This document shows, in pieces, positions 60,301-64,000 of a stretch of DNA of 64,000 nt. The first letter of the stretch is position 1, and each line of letters opens with the position of its first letter. A model generated the notes under the pieces. That model did not search any database and was not told the DNA's origin. It was given only the letters and a program-made list of their open reading frames with translations. The stretch comes from Tubulanus polymorphus (Eukaryota > Animalia > Nemertea). Both the position numbers and the translations under genes were made by a program. Where the stretch lies: positions 310,001 through 374,000 of the forward strand of contig NC_134036.1 of NCBI RefSeq assembly GCF_964204645.1, written 5' to 3'.

Positions 60301-63300
60301 ATAAATTACTGTTAGAATAATCTATTCAGTATCAGTAATTAGGACTCCGCTATAAGATGACGTGCTGCACCAGCAGGACATGATCTCAATCAAAATTTAG
60401 TTCAAATTCATTGAACTTGGTAAAATTTGGTAAATTGTGTCTCGTAATGAAGTCAAATTGATGTTTAGGGTTCAAGTAATTCATCATTCATATAGAATTT
60501 GAGAAATTAGGAATAGATTTTAATTGAATCTAAGGAGAAATGCAGTTATCTTGCCTCAAATGGAATCCTGTATTGCCACAGTCAAATGTAGATTCTTCAT
60601 TTAGATGATTGTTTCTAATTTCAGGAGCTCCGATTGGAAAGAGAGTGATTATATTCATTGATGATTTGAACATGCCTAAACTCGACACGTACGGTTCACA
60701 GCCTCCGATCGAACTGCTCAGACAATACCAAGACTTCGGCGGTTTCTACGACCGAGACAAACTCTACTGGAAGGAGATTCAGGATATGACGATGGCGGCT
60801 GCGTGTGCGCCACCTGGTGGCGGTCGTAACCCCATATCGGCGAGATTTATACGACACTTCGCGATGTACTGCATCCCACCTCCATCGGAACATAGTCTTA
60901 AACACATGTTCTCCGTAAGTCTCTACCACCTATACCAATTACTCAGACTGAGATCTTTTGAAATTGTCATCAGATTATGCTTTCTTTCGGTTTGAAAAAG
61001 TTATTTTGGAGATAGCAGCCTCAATTCATGTTTTTCTTCACTTAGAATTCGGGTTTAAAAAGATATGTTTCAAAACGATACCAAACCTTCTCAAATCATT
61101 CCTTGTTGTTGTACAAATATTTCAGGCGATTTTACAAGGATTTCTGGCCGAATTTCCGCATAAAGTTCGCCAGTGCGTTGAACCGATAGTGAGCGCGGCT
61201 GTAGAGATCTACGGACGTATGAGTACCGATCTACTACCAACACCGGCGAAATCTCATTACGTATTCAATCTTAGAGATTTATCAAAATGTATTCAAGGTA
61301 TTGACTAGATTTTCATATCGATCACAATCCAGTTGCACAGTTGACTCTTCAGATAAAAACATTGAAAATCAAGTTTTAACTTTTGAATAAAACTTTTTAA
61401 GAACTGTGGAACTGGATCTAGAAACAGAATTTCAAATTCCACCCTAAACTCACTGTCTGTGTTTAATGTTAGGTATACTGCAGGCCGACCCGGGAGTTAT
61501 TCGCGATAATAAGAATATATTCCGTTTATTCTGTCACGAGTCGATGCGCGTCTTTCACGATCGTTTAATTAACAGCGAAGATAAAACTTACTTCCATCAA
61601 ATACTGGCGGAAATGGCCGGAAAACACTTCAGCGAGGTGAGAAATCAACCCTTTTAGGGTTTAACCGATTGAAAATTAACTGATTTAACCCTTTAAGGGT
61701 TTGAAATTGATTCAGTATCCTAGGAACTTGAGAGATCTTAATGAACAGAAATGTGTAGCAATCATTTTGAATGTTTAAATATTAACTGACTGAAACTGAT
61801 TTGTTTGTTGTAGAATATTGAATCATTTTGAATATTTGAATATTAACCGATTAAACTGTTTTAATTGTTGTAGAATGTCGAAGCCGAGTCGTTTGTTACG
61901 AACCCAATTATATTCGGTGATTTCATTAAAATGGGAGCCGATAAAGCTGATCGTCTTTACGAAGAATTCCAGGACATCAACAAACTTAAATCAGTTCTAC
62001 AAGATGTAAGTAATTCAACGATTCCTCGTGAACTGTTAGAACTGTATAAATCATGCTCATGTTCCTCACTCTCTCACTCTTTCCTCTCTTATTATATTTT
62101 CAGTATCTGGATGATTTCAATATGTCGTCATCTAAAGAAATGAAGTTGGTATTTTTCCTGGATGCGATGGAACACGTATCGCGTATTGCTCGTATGATTA
62201 GACAGGATCGCGGTAATGCTTTACTCGTCGGTGTCGGTGGTACCGGTAAACAATCTCTCACCAGGTGCGTAGTATCTCGGGAATTCTCATACATTGAATT
62301 CTTTGAGTGTCTTAGAAGAATCTTTAAGTTGATGAAACATTTTGAGTTCCGTATTGAGATGATAGTATAGAATCCCACTATGATAATATAAGAGTTTTAG
62401 AATCTTAGACAACGTAGATTCATGTCTTAAACCTCTGGGGCCGGTTCCTCAGTTGAGACTTAAGTCCAAAAATGGTCTTAAATTTTAAGACTGGTTTTAA
62501 GTTGTTAAATGGGTTATAGAACTAAGATGGTCTTAAATTGGTCGTAAGTCTAAGCCATGACTATGGAACTGGACCCAGAGTCTTAGAATAGTTAGGTAGG
62601 ATTACGAACTATTTACTGGTAGCTTCTATCAGGTTTGAAGATTATGCTATGCCTGAATAGGTAGAACGTATTCTAGTTGAAATGAACACACCTGAAGAGA
62701 CCTCTCTGTAGTTTGTTGATCAAATCCTGCCTTAGAATTTCGTCATAAATTTGTCATAAATATTCTCTTAACTCAACCGCTGGTCTATGAGTATTTTCAG
62801 ATAATATAGATGTTTATTTTTCTGGTTGTTATATTTCAGATTGGCGTCACATATTTGCGGATATCGTTGTTTCCAGATCGAACTTAGTCGTGGTTATGAC
62901 TACGCTGCGTTCCACGACGATCTGAAGAAATTGTATCAATTTGCCGGAGTGAAAAATGAGAATACAGTTTTCCTGTTCACAGATACGCAGGTTAATTCTA
63001 AGAGTCGCTAATTCAGGAAATTCTTTAAAAATCTTAAACTGCCCTTTTTCCCCCTATTGCTGATATTTTGCAATGCCTCTGACTAATTTGCCGTTTCAGA
63101 AAATTCTTCAAGATCTTCACAAGTTAAACCGCCCCTTTACTACTCGATACTAACGCCCCCTGGTGTTGTTTCTATATTTCATATAGATCGTAGTCGAAGA
63201 GTTTTTAGAAGACATCAACAATATTTTGAATTCCGGTGAAGTTCCGAATTTATTCGAAGCCGATGAATATGAACAGTTGATTATTGGTTGTCGCCCGGCA

Positions 63301-63368
63301 GCGAAAGAACTCGGAATCGCCGAGGGCAACAGAGAGGCTATATTTGATTTCTGTATCAATAGAGTCAG
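39334..63368 (+). CDS. DNAH6: Axonemal inner-arm dynein heavy chain 6; ~41-43 exons seen, 3' part beyond the window
   Basis: Tail motifs KPRHW and [16 protein letters not shown]; [16 protein letters not shown]; DNAH6-type linker insertion before [29 protein letters not shown]; AAA1 [19 protein letters not shown]; AAA2 GPTGGGKT; AAA3 [16 protein letters not shown]; AAA4 GVGGTGKQS. The last exon seen is 63187-63368. Confidence 0.93.
40489..41259 (+). CDS. Candidate 771-nt phase 0-0 cassette exon of DNAH6 (257 aa, Ser/Asp/Asn-rich)
   Basis: Stop-free frame between the ctctcag acceptor and a GAG|gtgatg donor; in frame with flanking exons ending 40100 and starting 41454. Confidence 0.55.
46147..46272 (+). 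CDS. Candidate 126-nt phase 1-1 cassette exon of DNAH6 ([42 protein letters not shown])
   Basis: tgtttgtctcag acceptor and G|gtaacc donor; length divisible by 3; open in the frame set by the flanking exons (EH-G| ... |AC-VEFF). Confidence 0.6.
47552..47689. mobile_element. Palindromic MITE family C (gggccagtt...cttaagactggtcttaag...aaccggccc), CWG flanks; copies at 34911-35021, 55914-56051, 62438-62575
   Basis: Inverted termini, shared internal agaccagtct/ttaag motifs, CTG/CAG flanks. Confidence 0.85.
49270..49412. repeat. Short interstitial telomere-like TAACCC motifs, preceded by attggc
   Basis: attggcta(tta)accctaaccctag occurs three times; related motifs at 15474-15493, 42290/42392, 63411 and 63926-63946. 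Confidence 0.6.
51981..52451 (+). repeat. 29-bp tandem array, 16 units, each a copy of the DNAH6 splice acceptor plus the first 9 exon bases
   Basis: Unit tgttgtatttatttcgacAG-GGTTTGAAA. First AG at 52006-52007, last at 52441-52442; the 435 bp between them equals 15 x 29. Confidence 0.93.
53260..53765. repeat. C-rich 78-bp intronic minisatellite
   Basis: The 26-codon period is seen in the read-through ORF ([26 protein letters not shown]). Confidence 0.9.
57095..57209. repeat. 31-bp intronic tandem repeat (atcatcataatcatcaatatatcaactaa-like), ~4 copies
   Basis: Tandem copies immediately after the donor at 57083. Confidence 0.8.
58555..58663. mobile_element. Palindromic MITE family D, CTG flanks, abutting a family-A derivative (58667-58721)
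   Basis: gggccggttttattgaccggtattacctttaacct...aggttaaaggtaataccagtctataaaaccgggcc is a near-perfect hairpin. Confidence 0.8.
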
Positions 63369-64000
63369 GTATGAGTACTATGTATCATCTGTAGTAGACT
63401 GAAGTTAAGCCTAACCCTAACTAGTGCCGTACAGAGTACAGTGACCAGTGACTGCGGTCTTATCATTGTAAACTAGTGGATATAGAAATTCTACTTACTG
63501 ACTGGAATTAGTGTTGATATTTTGACAGTTTTAATCCAATCCTCTAAATCCAAAAATCCAATAGTTTGTCTTCAGGTTTAGCTGATCAATTAATCCATTT
63601 ATGATAAATCCTGTTTCAAACGATCTCCTGATTCACTGGAATCCTCTTGATAAATCTCTCCTAGTTAAAACAGTTAATAGAGCGAATTGTTTTGTTTATT
63701 TATCAATCCTTAAATTGAGTAATTAGTTTTAATGTAAGTTCCTCAGGTCAATGGAGTCTTATGTATTCACATACTGCTGGTATAGGCCTTAACAACAGGG
63801 CTGAGGTGTATGATCTATGTGCATTGAACCATAGCAAGTGACTGACTGAGTGAGAGGGCTTCACTGTCACTTGACACCTTGGGGCTAGCTCCAGTTGTCA
63901 ATTAGGGTTAGCCAGTATCCAATCATAACCCTAGGGTTAGGGTTAGCTCCTCCCACCAGTGACCCTAGGCTTGTGATTGGTTTAGAGCTGGGTGTGGCAC

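Overview
AT-rich, intron-rich animal genomic DNA, probably a lophotrochozoan-like invertebrate (inference from gene content); not prokaryotic. Hand-spliced gene models in order: (1) GPI-anchored Ly6/uPAR three-finger gene A (-, 482-1846); (2) an 18-exon, ~1,150-aa type-I membrane receptor with EGF, F-type lectin, EGF, ~7 FN3, TM and a short tail with four Tyr motifs but no catalytic domain (-, 3552-9369), plus a near-identical orphan copy of its last exon and 3'UTR (9963-10727); (3) Ly6/uPAR gene B (-, 11968-12972); (4) SLC25A44 (+); (5) a 1.6-kb satellite with a 166-bp higher-order repeat; (6) a ~660-aa protein with 12 AT-hook-type motifs and an acidic tail (-); (7) a class-I GLUT/SLC2A transporter (+); (8) tropomodulin (-), head-to-head with (9) axonemal dynein DNAH6 (+, runs off the window), which has an RFX X-box promoter. 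Introns carry many 110-140-bp palindromic MITEs with CWG flanks, and minisatellites. Best leads: the lectin-receptor/Ly6 cluster as a candidate glycan-recognition module; an array of 16 tandem copies of a DNAH6 splice acceptor in which only the last is productive; and two frame-preserving candidate DNAH6 cassette exons with PKA-type sites. All exon boundaries were read by eye and some may be off by 1-2 nt.
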